Assembly: GCA_012295275.1 (NCBI GenBank)
Contig: CM022679.1
Span: 6,324,001 to 6,388,000, forward strand
Direction of reading: 5' to 3'
DNA length: 64,000 nt
Origin: Chrysomallon squamiferum
Taxonomy: Eukaryota > Animalia > Mollusca
This document shows, piece after piece, positions 26,430-41,644 of the stretch (its first letter is position 1; every line of letters begins with the position of its first letter). The notes under the pieces are model-generated. The model ran no database searches. It saw nothing but the letters and a program-made list of their open reading frames with translations, and was not told the DNA's origin. The position numbers and the translations under genes are program-made.

Positions 26430-28246
26430 TCAGCCAGAGCAACCTCTACATCCACAGTGAATGCACTCAACTATCTTCCCCTGTTAAAAGATAAAAATGT
26501 TAAAATAACATACTAGTTATAAGGATATTTTGTTTATGTTTATTAATGTAATTTTTTAATCTCTCTGAAACAGTGTTATATCAACAGCTACAGCATGGAG
26601 TTTTCTGCCTTCGTGAGTGTTCTAAATAAAAATTTACCAGTCTGAGGAACCCTGGATCATTTCACAGTATACGGTGGACTACTTCCCATTACAATGAGTA
26701 TGCAATAGTTAAAACAATAGTTAAAACTGAATCTTTTTTAAAAAGTAGCCCATGATGTGGTAGCAGCAGTAGTTTGTTCTCTTTATTTCATGGTTACAAT
26801 AACATGTATATAACTAATACCTAATAACCAGTAATATAAAGCAGTTACAGTTCTTTATACATTAATTTAAACTTAGTAATCAAATTGTTACAAATTTTTT
26901 ACTAAATATTTAAAACATATATACTGATAATTAATTATGTTTAACAGAATAAAAGTAAAGATTTAAGCACATATTTTTCTCATCTTTATGATATGCAGTT
27001 TATAACACAATATTCAAAGTATAAAGGAACTTTTCTTTTTTTAAATCAAACACTGACAGCACCGTTTGCTTCTATATCTATATCAGATTAATTTTTAAAA
27101 ACTTACTGTTTCCAATTTACTTTTTGGCACTCTACAGATACAGTTAGTTCCAAAGTTTGTGTCTCTTGTTTGTATACATCGAAGGCAGCAGAGATTTTCA
27201 TAACCTGGTTTCTTCCATTTAGCTATTAAATTTTTATCTGCAATATTTTCCTTCAGACAGTATTCATACAGTTCTGTAAAATATCCATAATAATAAAACT
27301 AAATCTGTACATCTTTACATCTCATACATGTTCTAAAATTTAAACTGCCTTATAAAATACTGGTTCATTACTACATATATACATTCTATACTGAAATGTA
27401 AAACAGGACACTCAAGTTTTTTAATTTTTACCAAATTAATTACAGAACCTAACACAAATGATAAAACTACTTAAACTGCATTCAAAGTAACTAGATAAAA
27501 TATTTCCAAAACAAAACACCAACTGGAAGATTTTATTTTTCATAGATGATTTTCATTTTATTTACTATTTAGAGTTCTAATAAAAGCTTTAATAATATTA
27601 AATTAACAAATAAATAAAATTTTCAAAAACAATTATTAGTGATTGTTTAAAATACTGGAAGTTGAACGACAATGACTAACCTCGGCTAATTGCTTTCCTT
27701 CTGTAAAAAAGATCAAATATATATCTTGACTTCTGATGGTGCAGTCGAAATATTGGCCACATAGCTTCTACTTTCCTCTTCCCTTCATGAGGCTCTGTCT
27801 CCGCTACAAAATACGCCAAACAATATAATTACTTATTTTATTACATGGAAACTTTGAAGAAAAACAATGCATTATGATAATAATTTTAAAAATTACATCA
27901 AAGTTTGAAATACAAAAACATCTTCTAACAACTAAAAATAGATTATTTTGAAAATGGATGTCAATAATATAGATAATGTTTAGAAGCTATTTTGATTAAA
28001 TAATATAAAAAATCTGGGGCTATCGCTATGCTTATTCATGAAATTGTTGATGGCACGAAAATTCAATTATGTCGAAAACATGGTCTGAAATGCTAAACAT
28101 TATGATCACAAAATCATGAAAATGTAATATATAAATTATTATTTTTATAAACCTTCTCGCATTTTCTGATCAAGTTCATCAATAGTTGGTTCTATCAGTT
28201 CCCACCCATCTGGTGGGGGTTTCCTACTTCTCTTTACTTTCGGCAT
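26430..28246 (-). CDS. BUD31: Protein BUD31 homolog (G10, spliceosome-associated), 144 aa
   Basis: Four exons 28246-28153, 27803-27681, 27273-27107, 26480-26430 (94+123+167+51 = 435 nt). Translation [21 protein letters not shown]...[28 protein letters not shown]...[12 protein letters not shown]. Absent from the ORF track because the exons are short. Confidence 0.97.
26645..26860 (+). mobile_element. Possible decayed SINE-like fragment in BUD31 intron 3
   Basis: aaaagtagcccatgatgtggtagcagcag resembles aagagtagctcagagatgagtgataagctgg in the 300-400 copy. Confidence 0.35.
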
Positions 28247-28734
28247 AGTTTTTAATATTTCTTAAATGAAAAAAAATCTATCTTAAACCAAACACAGGAA
28301 CTTGTCGCGAGATTTCAACGGATTATCTCGTGTGAACACCTGGTGGGTTCTTTAAAAAGCCGGACTTTAAAAATGTTATTTATTTCCCCAATAGAAGTAG
28401 TTTTACGATTAATCGAAATATATACTTATTTAAATAAAATAAAATGAATGAATTAATGAAGAAGAAGAATATAAAAATATAAGTATAATAAAACAAATTT
28501 AAAAATTAATAATAATACAAAAATAAATAAAATAAAATAAATAAATATACATCTGATAAGCAAATCTGTATTTTCCGCAAGGAATAACTACTTAAATTAA
28601 AAATTTATTGGGATTTCAAATTTGTTTATAGTGAAGAAATATCTCTTTTAATACGAATGTGTGAATCGTAATTCAGTTTACTTTGGGATAATTCACACAT
28701 AAATAAATTAAAGTTTGATAATAATATATATTTA

Positions 28735-28765
<31 letters not shown>

Positions 28766-29128
28766 TATAGAAATCATATACAAAGTAATGTATATTTATT
28801 TATTTATTATTACTATTACTATTAGTAGTAGTAGTAGTATTTAATCAGTTTCAAATTACCATTTAGTAACTTATTAATTAATTAATTTATTTTTATCTCA
28901 TTTTATTTATTTATTTACCTATCTACCTGTGACCTTAAACAGAGTCAACAATAACTTATTTAACAGGGAACAAATCTTTTGAACCACGACTGGTTTCTTG
29001 TTGGATATCGCTTTAGATTATTTATAAAATGTACTGTAAGATAGCCTACTGAGAACGGTTAATAGTATTTAGCTCCGCACCCAGCCTGCAATAGTGTGTT
29101 TTTAGATTGATTTCCAGAAAACTGAACA
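28247..29128. promoter_or_regulatory. Divergent promoter region shared by BUD31 and PDAP1
   Basis: Start codons point away from each other ~880 bp apart; CpGs retained; TGTCGCGAGA at 28303-28312 is one mismatch from the TCTCGCGAGA element. Confidence 0.65.
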
Positions 29129-31484
29129 ATGCCAAGAGGTAGTTGATGGCTATTTAATGTATTTGAAACAGAGTTTTGGTGTATATTTACTATAGCTGAA
29201 TGATATACTTCGAATTTTTTTCAATAATATGTTTCGCCATATTGCGTTAATAAAATAATTTCTATTAGGTAATTAGTCCAAACGGTGAAAACTATATTAA
29301 TGTGCTATTATTATTATTAATATTATCGTAATAATTACGTCGTATCTTTTCATGTTATTTACATAATTTAAATAAAGAAATAAAGCATATGGTTCCATCA
29401 TATGCGTCAAAGGAGAACAGCATCAGTGTTAGGTTTTATACCGTATACTGATATAGTAGGATATACATTCGTAACATTGATGTACATGGTTACGTATGAT
29501 GGTAACATTGAATGATTGATAGAGACTGAACATTCGAACTTGTATAATCCCTTGCTTGTAAAAATAAAGGAGTTACTTTGATATTACTGTTAGTATAAGT
29601 ACTGTAAGTTACAAGTGATATAACTATTAGTTGTAATTCCTTGACACATAACTATATTTTTAACTGGCAAATATTGTGCATGATGCATCATACTGATAAA
29701 AGTCGACAAGATGGCGATAGCCAAATTAATCTTGTGCTTTTTGTCATACTTAATAAAATGATCAAGTATTTTAACTATTCTTTTCAATTCTTTAAAGAAG
29801 AAGAAGAAAAAAGTTATCTTTTATTTGAAAAAGTTTGGAAATAATTCATTACATTTGATTACAAATTAGAAAAACATTCAAAATTTTGGCATTGATATAA
29901 TTATTATTATTGCATTAATTTAATGTTTTACAACATATAAAGGATGTATCTATATAGAAACATGAATGAAATTCCATTATGTCTATCTTGCATTTTCCTA
30001 GCTGAAACATTAATATAAAAATGGCCTTACTTATCTGTGACTAAAAATGAGGAATTGATGACTTAAATACTGTAATGTTAATCAAAGGCTGCTGAAATTT
30101 TATTGAAATTCACAGTTCAGTGATATCTGAATGGTATATATACTATAATTTATTATTGTTTTTTTAACAACATTAATATGTCTGTTTTTTAATTAAAATT
30201 TTTGTTTTCTTAAGATAATAATCTGTTTATAACTGAATTAAATTTAAAAATTTCAAAGACTGTATTTTGATATAACAGGTCGCGGTGGACGTGGTAAAGT
30301 TAATCACAAAGGTCAGCGTCGTCACTTTTCTGATGTTGATGAATTGAAACAACAAGAAGAAAAGCTTGCAAAGGAAAAGGCTTGGAGGGTGTGTATAAAT
30401 TTCTTTTATGTTTGAAATAAGTCTATAAGTATAATATGTTTTAAACGTAATGACTTAAAATACACTTATTTATCAGAGTTTCTGCATGCATGTGTATATA
30501 TGTATGTATGTAACATTTATTTTTATTTTTTCTTAAAATGTTAAAGACTTTTTAAATTTATTTTGATTTTATTATTATTTTTTTGATGATTTTAATTCTG
30601 TAATGTTACAGAGACATCATGGTATTGAGAGTGATGAAGAGAATGACGATGGAGCTGCTGGAGAAGAGAAAACAAAAAAAGAGACAGGAACACCTGGTGA
30701 ACTGCCACCCTCTGATTCAGATTCAGAAGAAAGTTCAGATGATGAAGTAAAAACAAAAATCTTTTTATCTTAAATCTGTGTAGCACTTGCACATATATTC
30801 AAAAATGCCATTAATTTTAAAGACAGCATGTTAAAATAAGTAAAATGTTGAAAAGATGGCAATTCTAAAGGAAGTTATGTAAAGAAGTCAGAAATATTTT
30901 TCATTTAAGCTGGTTTATTAATTTAAAATGTTTTTTTTAAACTTTTTTTAATAATAGGTTGGAAGACCAAAAGGTGTTGAGCATCTAATAGAAATAGAAA
31001 ACCCAAACAGAACAGCAAAAAAGTCATCGAGGAAAGTCACAGATATTAATTCTGCTGAAGGATCTATATTAACTAGAAGAGAGAGGTGGGATTACTTTTC
31101 TTACAAACTTGTCTGAGATGTTGAATGAAATAATGTTTAACAATAAAGCCAATAATTACTTGCATTCTTAGTTAATGTTTTTTAGACTTGCTTGTTTAAT
31201 GTTTACATCCATAGAACCATTTAATGCAATTTTCTTCAATAACTCGGTTTAGAATGCTTTTCTTTCTGACATTTATTACATCTTTTTTTAACAGAGAGGA
31301 GTTAGAAAAGCAGGAAGCAAAGAGACGCTATCAACAGTTACACATAGAAGGTAAAACAGAAGAGGCACGAGCTGATTTAGCAAGGCTAGCTCTTATTCGC
31401 AAACAGAGAGAAGAGGCTGCCAAGAAAAGAGAAGAGGAGAGATTGTTAGCAGAAAAGAAAGCTGCTGAAAAGAAAAAAACATGA
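29129..31484 (+). CDS. PDAP1: 28 kDa heat- and acid-stable phosphoprotein (PDGFA-associated protein 1), 190 aa
   Basis: Five exons 29129-29138, 30279-30388, 30612-30746, 30958-31085, 31295-31484 (573 nt). Motifs [75 protein letters not shown]. Confidence 0.95.
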
Positions 31485-34400
31485 CCACAATTCTTGACTA
31501 TAGCAATGTACAAAATCTGTACATTACCTTATGTCAGCTATCAATGGTGCCAGGCATAACAAAAAAAATATATTCTTCTCTTTATTGACCACAGGTAATT
31601 CTCTAAACTGTATGGATACAGAAAATGTCATGGATAAACAAATGAAAATGCTTTGAATACAGTTCAGAGCTGTTGTGAATTATGTTGATGTAAACTAAGC
31701 TTGGAACAATGAAGGTATCTTGTTTGTGGTAATGAAAAAATATTTTTATTGATAATATTGTTAATGGTTTATTTAAATTTTATTAATTCCCATTGTTCTA
31801 TTTCTACAGTGCTATATTAAATTGATGATATCTAAATAAAAACTGTAATTGAATAATATCTGTTCACTTTTGTTAAATTCTGGTCTAAAATATTATAACT
31901 ATTAAGTTACTTGCTTTCTGATTTAAAATTTTATTTAGATTGATACAATCTATACAATTTGGAATATCAGTGATTTTTTTTTTATATGGTTATAATCCAC
32001 AGTATCAGTAATATTATCAGAAATATAGGGATGTAGCTATTACCACTGGTTATTTAGTTTCAAACAACATTGCTCATAATTAAGAAAATACATGAAGACA
32101 TAAATAACATGTCCAAAATGATATTTGTCTATGCATTTGCTGTTACATTACAAAACTGATTTTAAACAGTTAATATAAACTGAACTGAAAAAAACAAAAG
32201 TGGTGCTATAGTTTGTTATTTCACTGCCAGGATATCCTGGCATATGAAAATATCATGCTAATGTGATACTTCAGTTATTTCTGTTATTGACAACTGACAT
32301 TAAAGAAAATAATATACATCATATTCAGTAATGTATTGTTCTGAGGTTGATTTTGTAATAGTTATGTTCAGACAGTTTTTGTTAATGTGACATGCTAAAA
32401 GAAGGAAAAATTAAAACAATTTTTTGACATTGAAGCACAAAATTTTCATTTGTAAATTAGTACAAAGTTTCGTGGTTTTACATTTTTTTATAAGCACAAT
32501 GCCCAGTGTCATACTTGCACACTGCATTTCTAAATACAGCTTTCCACTGATGGAAACTAAAAAAGGTTTAATGAATTTTTTCTTTATTATTGTTAGAAGT
32601 CTGTTTAAGTTCATTTTTTTAATGAGTAAATGATGTGGAAGCTGTTTCATAATGATAGTTGTTATATTTAAAAAGGTATCAAAGAAAACTAAAATATGTT
32701 TATTGAAGCTGTAGATTTAAGAAATTGCTGGACAGTCTTAAAATATTATTTTAGGTCATGGTTTATTGTAGTCTAGAACCATTATTTTTGGTTGTTGAAT
32801 TTTTATTATTTCTTTAACAATTGTGGAAATGAAACAGAAGTTCAGTGTAATTAATTTCAGTCCATGATTTAAATGTACAAGGTAAAAATAAGACAAAGTA
32901 TGTAGTTTAATAAGTAATACATTCTAAATTTCATTATTAATTTATTATTAACCCTCCTATTTTTTCACTTTAGAATATGATCACAAGTAATGTTTGATAA
33001 CAATAGCTTAAATGGCTGTATATGTTTTTATTTTTAAAAGAAAATATGCTAATAATTATAAAATTATTGATTTTGTACTGTAAAGTATAAAATTAAAGTG
33101 ATCATAATATAGATGCTAAAAATGCACTTTTTCTAACATTTCTATTTCATATAATTTGAAGAAACAAAGCAAAAATTAATAAACAACAATTAAAATACTA
33201 AATGGGATAAAACATACTACTTTTGTAAATTTTTATTATCCAAATAATAAAGTTTTTTGGTAATCTTGCCTGTACCAAAGTCCATCACATATGAATGTGG
33301 CCTGTTAAAAAATAGGTAATTTATTGGTATCAAAACACCAGTTTCTTAACCATGGGCAATTATAATACTGATTTGTTACTTGTAAAATAAATTAGTTTTG
33401 TTTTTACATTAATTTGTTAGCCTGTTAATTTCATGATTTACAGTATGTTTGGATCACTTAAGAAATTGATATATTAGTAGCATGGTATTTTGTAAGTTAT
33501 TTATTTTTAATATATTTTGTTTTTCAACTTTATTTTATGCTGAATTTAATGCAAGATTGCTATTATCACTTTCTTAAATTTGTGATCTATGAAAAGACAT
33601 AAAAAATCAAATAGTGCTATTTAATTTTAGTGTATTTGCCTGTGCCTGTATTTCAAAATTAGATCTAAATTATCCAAATCTTTTTTTATTGTTAGTGGAA
33701 TGAAATGGTCATTATATTCATATGGTATAAATATTGTATAAGATTCTGGATATTGTCATGAGTATTGTTATTTATTTGTCAATAAAAACCTGTGATGCAG
33801 TTTAAATCTAGCAAATAAAAATTCAGGCAAAGGGCTAAAACAAAAATATATTATCAATGTATGATTACTTAAAAATTATAGCTGTTGTATGTAACCAATT
33901 TTTAAGCAAAATCATCTTGGCATGATTGGTTTACAGATTGCAAATTTAAAAAAAAAAAAAAATTGGAATTATCTTTATTCAAAAAAAATGTATTTTCAAA
34001 TGAAATACAAGTAACATATGCAAAATGTTTCTCAGTATGAAATAAAATCAAGTTGCACATTGTTCTTCCTTTTATTATTATATTTTTTTCATATTTCTTT
34101 TGTATCGTTTCTGAATTTGTTTTGTTTTGTTTTTAATACAAAGATTTAGTATTCGTTTAAGGAGTAAGATTAAATTAATAACAAAAACATGTCGTTCAGA
34201 GCATCAACTGTTTTTATTGTTTACAAATGAAATGTAAAGCATTCCAAGATGGAATGACATTCAGCTAATCAAACAGTTCTTTCAATGATGATAGATGTGT
34301 ACCACATATATTAAAATGTTCCATTAGTGGTGTTAAAAAAAGCCCCTAAATATATTATTATACATTCAAATAATTATACACTGTGTGACTGGACATTAAT

Positions 34401-35992
34401 AAAAAACTAAAACAGTAGTACCCATTTTCGACATTTATTGTATCGCACATGCAATGTATAAATATATGTATGTATGCATGATAATTCTAACAAAATAGTT
34501 TGCAATTAAAAATTTACATATGGCGTAAACAGAAAAATACAAAACTATTATAAATAAAGTTATCTTGACAATTTACAAAAATTACTAAAACAAATAATAT
34601 TTTAATATAAACTTTATTAAAAATAAAATATAAATAAATGCCACACCAGATAAAATATTTTTTAATAAAATATTAGTTGCATTGTAATAAATACAATATT
34701 TTGGATAAAAAAATTTGATCTCCTTCAAATTCTTTTAGCACCTCCACAAAACAAAAAAGAATCTATGCAATGTTTTTAATGTTTGTTTAATGTCATCCTA
34801 AAAGTTAAATGTTTTTGTAAAACTACTGAAAGTATAATGAAGATAATAACTTTAAATACAAGTATAATGTTACCAGTTACACAATGGATGAGGAAATATT
34901 TATTTAACACATTTTATTATGAATGGTTGAGTCACTCACAATCCAAGTGCAGATTAAAAACTTAAACGTCTTACACTGTGTAATAATGTACTAATGTAAA
35001 CTTGTAGTGAAAATAATTTTTAAAAATACATCCAAGATAAAAAAGATAAAAATTTATATTAATATTTTTATGCAGATTTATATCCTTGAACCAGTTGTAT
35101 TAATTTATATACCATAGAATTGTTTTTTTTTTTTTTTTTCTTTTTTGTTTTAAAATCTTTACCAGTAATATCATAAATCCTTAAAATTTAGTATCACAGT
35201 GGCTTTAATTACACACCAAGTTATGTAAAAAATTAGTTTATTTACTGCTTACTTCATATTCAGTTTCTTAAATCTCTAAATAAATATTTATATCAAAATA
35301 GATTATGGAATTCACACTGAAACAGAGTATCTCATAGTCTATTTTAACATAAACAATTTCTTAAAAGATTTGAAACATAAAATGGATGAGGATTAAAAGT
35401 GTTTCTCCTTATATTCTCAAGTACTGTAAGGTAATATTCACTTAGTCCATCTGGAATGTTTTTTCTCTGATGTTGAAATCAAATGGACTGTCCTTCAAGT
35501 TACCAATATATATCTGTATATACAACACATTTTCATATCTAGGCATGCAAAAAATATAAAAACACAGAGACCCTAGTATCTACTGATATTAAAAAAACAA
35601 AATGTTGGGACTGCATTTATACTCACAATCTTCTGAATCGGCTGCAAGCCTAAGTAAAATTTGTGTGATCCATCATTTGGCATAACTATGTTGAATTGAG
35701 ACAATGTAAACAGTTTCAGAATGAAAGCATGCTATAAATTGCAAATACCTTTAATGTGATATTTAATTTGTCCAGCATTCAAAATGTACTAAGTATCCCT
35801 TTTCTTTACAATTATATTATTTGTATCATAGGCTTTCATTTATGAAGAAACTGTTGTCACAGTATATTCAAATATCATTCACAAAACATAACATCTGCTT
35901 AATAAATAACCTCTTTGTTAAATTCCTTAGCACATATATAATTGTCTATTTCTTCATGGATATCACAGATAAGAGACAGGATTCCTAAAATG

Positions 35993-38900
35993 TTACAAAG
36001 CTTGAAATCCTGGCATTGTGGCAAATCCACGACCACCTAATGAGAATCAAAAATAATAATTTCGTTATTCAGTCAATTGTATGTAATTATGTTTTAATAT
36101 AATACATTGCAATTAAATTATTTAAAAATGTTTTTAATCCGTTACGTTATATTTCAAATTATTTATAAACAGAATCTGTCAACTTCTTAACTGTTGTTTT
36201 AACATGTAGATATATGAATAAAATAGTGCATAATAAAATGTGATGCAGAATCTCTTATTTAATGTCTGGTAGAGGTGATTACTCACTTAGCTCACTGGAA
36301 TCAACACTGAACCGACTATTAGAAGTAACAACATCCCCCTTTAACACCCATCTGGGAACTTGCCAGCTTTCCCACTGAAAAGAAATAAAAAATAAAAAAT
36401 AATAATAATCACAAAGAAAAAAGAAAGGGAAAATAATTAAAGAAAAACAGCTAAAAATATTAAAATCTAAAAATGGATTCTCAGATTGGAAATGTTAAAA
36501 TGAAGTAACTAATAATATAAAGGACTGATTAAGTATAGGTATATCTAACTACATTTTTAAATTTTTTACCTGTTTATTCTTTGGAGGAAGAACACATGGA
36601 ATTGGATGATAGATCGTAACCATGTCTCCATTGCTAAGAATTATCAGTATTTGAAGTGCATACTGACACTGCAATATTTAGATAAAATAAAAAATATTTC
36701 TCAACATTACAAAATTTATTCCAGAATGTTATAAACTATACAAATCCAAACTTGCAATATATCCATGATAAATAATATTTATAAATTTAAAATTTAAACT
36801 GTAAATTTAAACTATAGTAACAGAGGTAGTTAAAAATCATTTATCACATTTTGGTTTTTTTAAATCTTTGGTTACAAATTTTGACAGAATGAAAACCTTT
36901 GAATTTCTTCTGAAATAATTTTAAGACATTTAATCTATTAATTTTTTTCTGAATTTTATATTGAAATAAGAATAATAAATATAAAAATAAATTAATGACA
37001 GGAACTGTTAAAAGAGAAATCTTTTAAAAGTATTAACTGTAAAAATATTTTTGAAATAAATACATCAATATGGTGACCCTTTACTGATGGGGGTATTGGT
37101 GCTCCATTTTCATTCAGAGGAATCAGAATATTGTCCAAAATCCTGAAACAATAAAATAAATAAACAACAACAACAACAATAACAACAGTAACAACAACAA
37201 TAATAAACAAATGTCAAAATACAAAAGAATGATAATTTAAAACAAAAAAAAATTAAACATATATATGTATATAAAGAAAAATGGGGTTAATAAAACTTTC
37301 CAATGATAATAAATACTTAATTTAATTTTTTTTTTAATTTATAAGTTAAATTGTTTTTTGTTGTTGTTGTTGTTTCTGGAGCATGATTGGGTTAATTCAT
37401 ACTAGTCATAATATAGGCTAGTTTTAATGGTATATACTAAAACTATATTAAATTATATATAAATATCAAATAGATTCATGTGCAGATACTTCTTAAACAT
37501 TAATATTAAAATATGTTAACAAGTCAACATGTCAAACATTCATTTATTCTGTAAATTAGAAATTCACTTAGCATAAACCAGGATATATAATTTATTTCCT
37601 TAGGCACAATATTTATAATATCTCCACTGCACATGTAACTTAAACAACAAAAAAAAAAAAAAAAAAAAAAAAAAAATAATAATGATAATAATAATAAGAA
37701 TAATAAGAATAATAACAATGATGACAATAACAATAACAATAACAATAACAATAACAATAATAATAATAGTAATAATAATCATAATCACAACCTGACTAGA
37801 TCATTGGCATAGTCTGTGTTCTTTCCTGTGGACTGCCATACAACCACTGGCCCATCTTCAGTTTTTATGTATGTTTTTCTTGCTGTTTTTGACATTGTGG
37901 ATATCAGTTTGTCATTCCCCACATCACTTTTGTATGTGAAGTTTAGATCTCTTAACAGCTTTAAAATAAATTAAAAAGTCAAAATCAATATGGCTGTACT
38001 AAATAAATAGTGGTATAAAATAAGACAATGTTTTGAACAAATATATATATAAAATGATAGTGAGACACAAACAAAATCTTTAGGACTAAGAAAACAAGTT
38101 GGAAATACTCCCCTCCAAATACTTACTTTTATTTGAAACTCAGAAATTTTGATTTTTGTGTCATTTGTGATAATCATTCTCAGCTTAAGACAGTCTCCAG
38201 CTTGCTGAACTTGATTCTTTAATCTGGAAGAAAACCATTTCAAATTAAATATTTAATAACGTGGATGTGTTTTTCTGTTCTAAAATATTTGTTAATAATG
38301 TTTGTTCAGTGTTTACTTTGGTGGTATGGATGTGTTTGGGAAAATCTGTTTGTATTTGTATTCATGACTAAGTGCCAACAGGTGTATGTGTGCCCCTGAT
38401 TTGTATGTGAAAGAAAATTGCCAACCTTACTGTGAAGTTTATAGTCTTTTTTGACAAAAGGCCCTTCACAACATGTTGTACATTCTGGGCAGTGGTCAGC
38501 TTTGCATTGGTTGCCATTTCCTCTGAACACTGATTAATAACTATGTCTTGAGATGACTGCAAGCAGAACAACACTTATAGTAAAAGGAAGGACCTAAAAT
38601 ATTTGCTTAAAGACATGCTGATATATTAAATGAACAAACATATTCAAATCCTTTAAACTGTTAAGAAAACATAATATTTTGACACCTGATTGTATATAAT
38701 TTAATCAGTGCTGTTTTTCAGAAAAATTAAAATTGTATATAATAAATGTTATGCAAAATAATTTGGACTTCCTATATTTATATAAACAAGTACTAAATGT
38801 AATATTTGGAAATGATTTTCATTAAAATGACCAGTCTATATTGAATTTTAAAGATTATCTGTCATGCTTGATCAATAACAAATATGTCAAGTTTTAATAT

Positions 38901-41613
38901 TTCATGTCATAAAGGACATGATCTCTTTTGAAATATAAACACAAACACACACATACTACAACATACATATTGTCATAATGACAGTCAGACTTTAATAATA
39001 CAACTTTAAAGTTATTAAAATACCTTTAAATCAGCACCAGTCACTGTAGCCTCCAACCAAAACACAACCTTGCCTTCCCATGAGATATTGCCCTCTTTAG
39101 AAGCATAAAAACAACCTGAAAATAAAGAAACAGTTCTGTAAGGAAAAACATATATTTTTAATTTTCTGATCTTTAATCAATAAATATGATACTACACAGG
39201 AAAATTTGCCTAAAACATAAGCAGCTATTTTGAGTTACAGCCTGCAGAAAACCAGAATAAGCTAATTTAAGGATCTTTTTTTTCTGTCTAAACCACTTTA
39301 AATTCACTGTTATTTAAACTTTTTCAAAAGGATTTTGTCTATAACATTAGTTGTTTCTTCATTTGATTGAGTTATGGATCAACTCTGGCTAAAATAATGG
39401 CATTAACTGGTCTGTTGTCATCCCACCTTGCATGTACACAAGTAGATTGATATATGAAATAACTTTTACAATCAGATTTTGTTTTTGTTTTTTAAATGAG
39501 GCACTCAAACATGGTTTTCTTATGCAATACAAATACTGGAATAATAATTATTCATCTTGTGACTGAAATAATAAATTACTATGTGTCAAACAGTTTTAAA
39601 TTAAATAATTTTTTTCTCTGCTTTGACATTTATACGTAGATATACATTGAACATTTTCTTAAAGATCAAACACTGGGATTAACCCTTATTTTGCAGTCTC
39701 ACCTGGAATTATGTTTGGAAGATTAACTTTAAATGGAAAACAATAACTTCCCATTGCAAAAGGTTCTGAAAAGAAGAACAACAACATGAATGAATAAATT
39801 AAAATGATTTATTGAATCTTCTATATGAATTTTCAATCAAGTTTTGTAACTTAAAACATAACAGTAAATACATTATGTCTGAAAAAAAATAAAATAACAG
39901 AAGAAATAAAAATATATAAAAATAATTTTTTTTTTTTTCATAATCATCATCATTATTATGTTTTTAATTTTTAATTTTATTCAGTAACTAAAAATATTCT
40001 AAGAAATTAAAATTAAAATTTCAAATTAAAGATTAATGAATTAACTACATGGTAAAAATAAATTAAAATATTAGAATAAACAATAATTTTATATTATTAT
40101 TAATTAAAATTTGAGCTTTGTAACATATGTAAAAATAAAATAATGTACAAGAACAAAAACTAACTAAAATGTAAAAGTTATATCAGTTTTTCTGTTACCA
40201 TTTTGAGAGTAGAGACTAACAGAACAGTCAACATAGTCCTTGGTTGATTCTATTCTATTACGACCTTTCCCACATGGATATTCGTAAAAGACTAGAAAAA
40301 GATACAAATTAAATTAAATAAGTTTTAATTAAAAGTTACAAAAAGAAGAAAAATTACAAAATAAATTATTGTACTCTATCTACTTGTATTACTATTCATA
40401 TAGCTATTAATCTAATTAATTATTTTACAAGTTGTCCTTTTTTTCCTTTCAGTATGTCTAAGGAAAAAATTCTTATACATTATAATTATTTATAAAAAAA
40501 ATAAAAATAAAAATATATAAATGTTACTCTTTTTATGTTAAAAATATACAACAAATTATTTTATTTCTACCATTCTGATTTGTAGAAAATATTTAGTTAT
40601 CACAAAACAATAAAAAAAAAATAATTTATTAAAAGTTTATCAAATTCTTCAGTGTGTTAAAACATGCTTCACATTGAACTAAAAACATATACAAAACCCC
40701 CCACATAACCCCCCACATACAATTCTTGTGGTTCATATGTTACACAGTACAAGATTGTGCAACAAAAACATTATGAAATAACACATTAAACTGGAGCATC
40801 ACTGATCTACAAGCACTTTTCTGCACACACACCCTATAATAGATAAAAACATTCTAGTATGTGTGTGTGGTGTGTTGTGTAGTATTATTACAACAATAAA
40901 AAATGTATACATACACCACTCATATCCTTTAAACTGCAGCTGTATGCCATGACCTGAAGTTGGATTTTCAATATTCAAGTATATAACTCTGAAATTTATG
41001 AGCATATACACTAATTTTTAAAAATATATAAAAAAAAGGTTGTTTAAAAAATAATAATAACAATAATAATGAAAAATAAAATAAAATACTAAAGCCAGTT
41101 GAGAAACTGGATCCTTACTTGATATTTAATTCAAAACTTGTATTATAAAAGATAATTAAAAAAACAAACAACTACAAAAAAAACCATAACTATGTTATTA
41201 TTATAATATGATATCATATTAATTCTGTAGCAATTTATTTACTGCATTTTTAATTTGATGTTACACTTAACCCCCCAAAAAAGAAGTAATAATAAAAATA
41301 AAAATAAAAATAATAATAATAATAATAAATAATAATAATATTTTTTGATAAAATTGGCAGTTTTGTGTTATGCTAAGAGATATTCCTTTTTCAGAGATAA
41401 ATGAAGATGCATTCAAAAAGAAAACTCTGAATAGAATAAATTATTTACTATTTAGATATTATCTATCATTCTACCATTTATGTTTATCTATGATTTAAAT
41501 GTCTGTTATTATTGTGCAGTAATCTAATATCCATTATCATCCCTTGAATATCTGCATTATTAACAGATGGTTGTCTTTTGCCTTACTAATTACTTCATTC
41601 CTTATAAATAAAA

Positions 41614-41644
<31 letters not shown>

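Noticed and set aside
37524-37788. Poly-Leu/poly-Ile hydrophobic ORFs
   Set aside because: Low-complexity (AAT)n intronic tract inside the arrestin gene.
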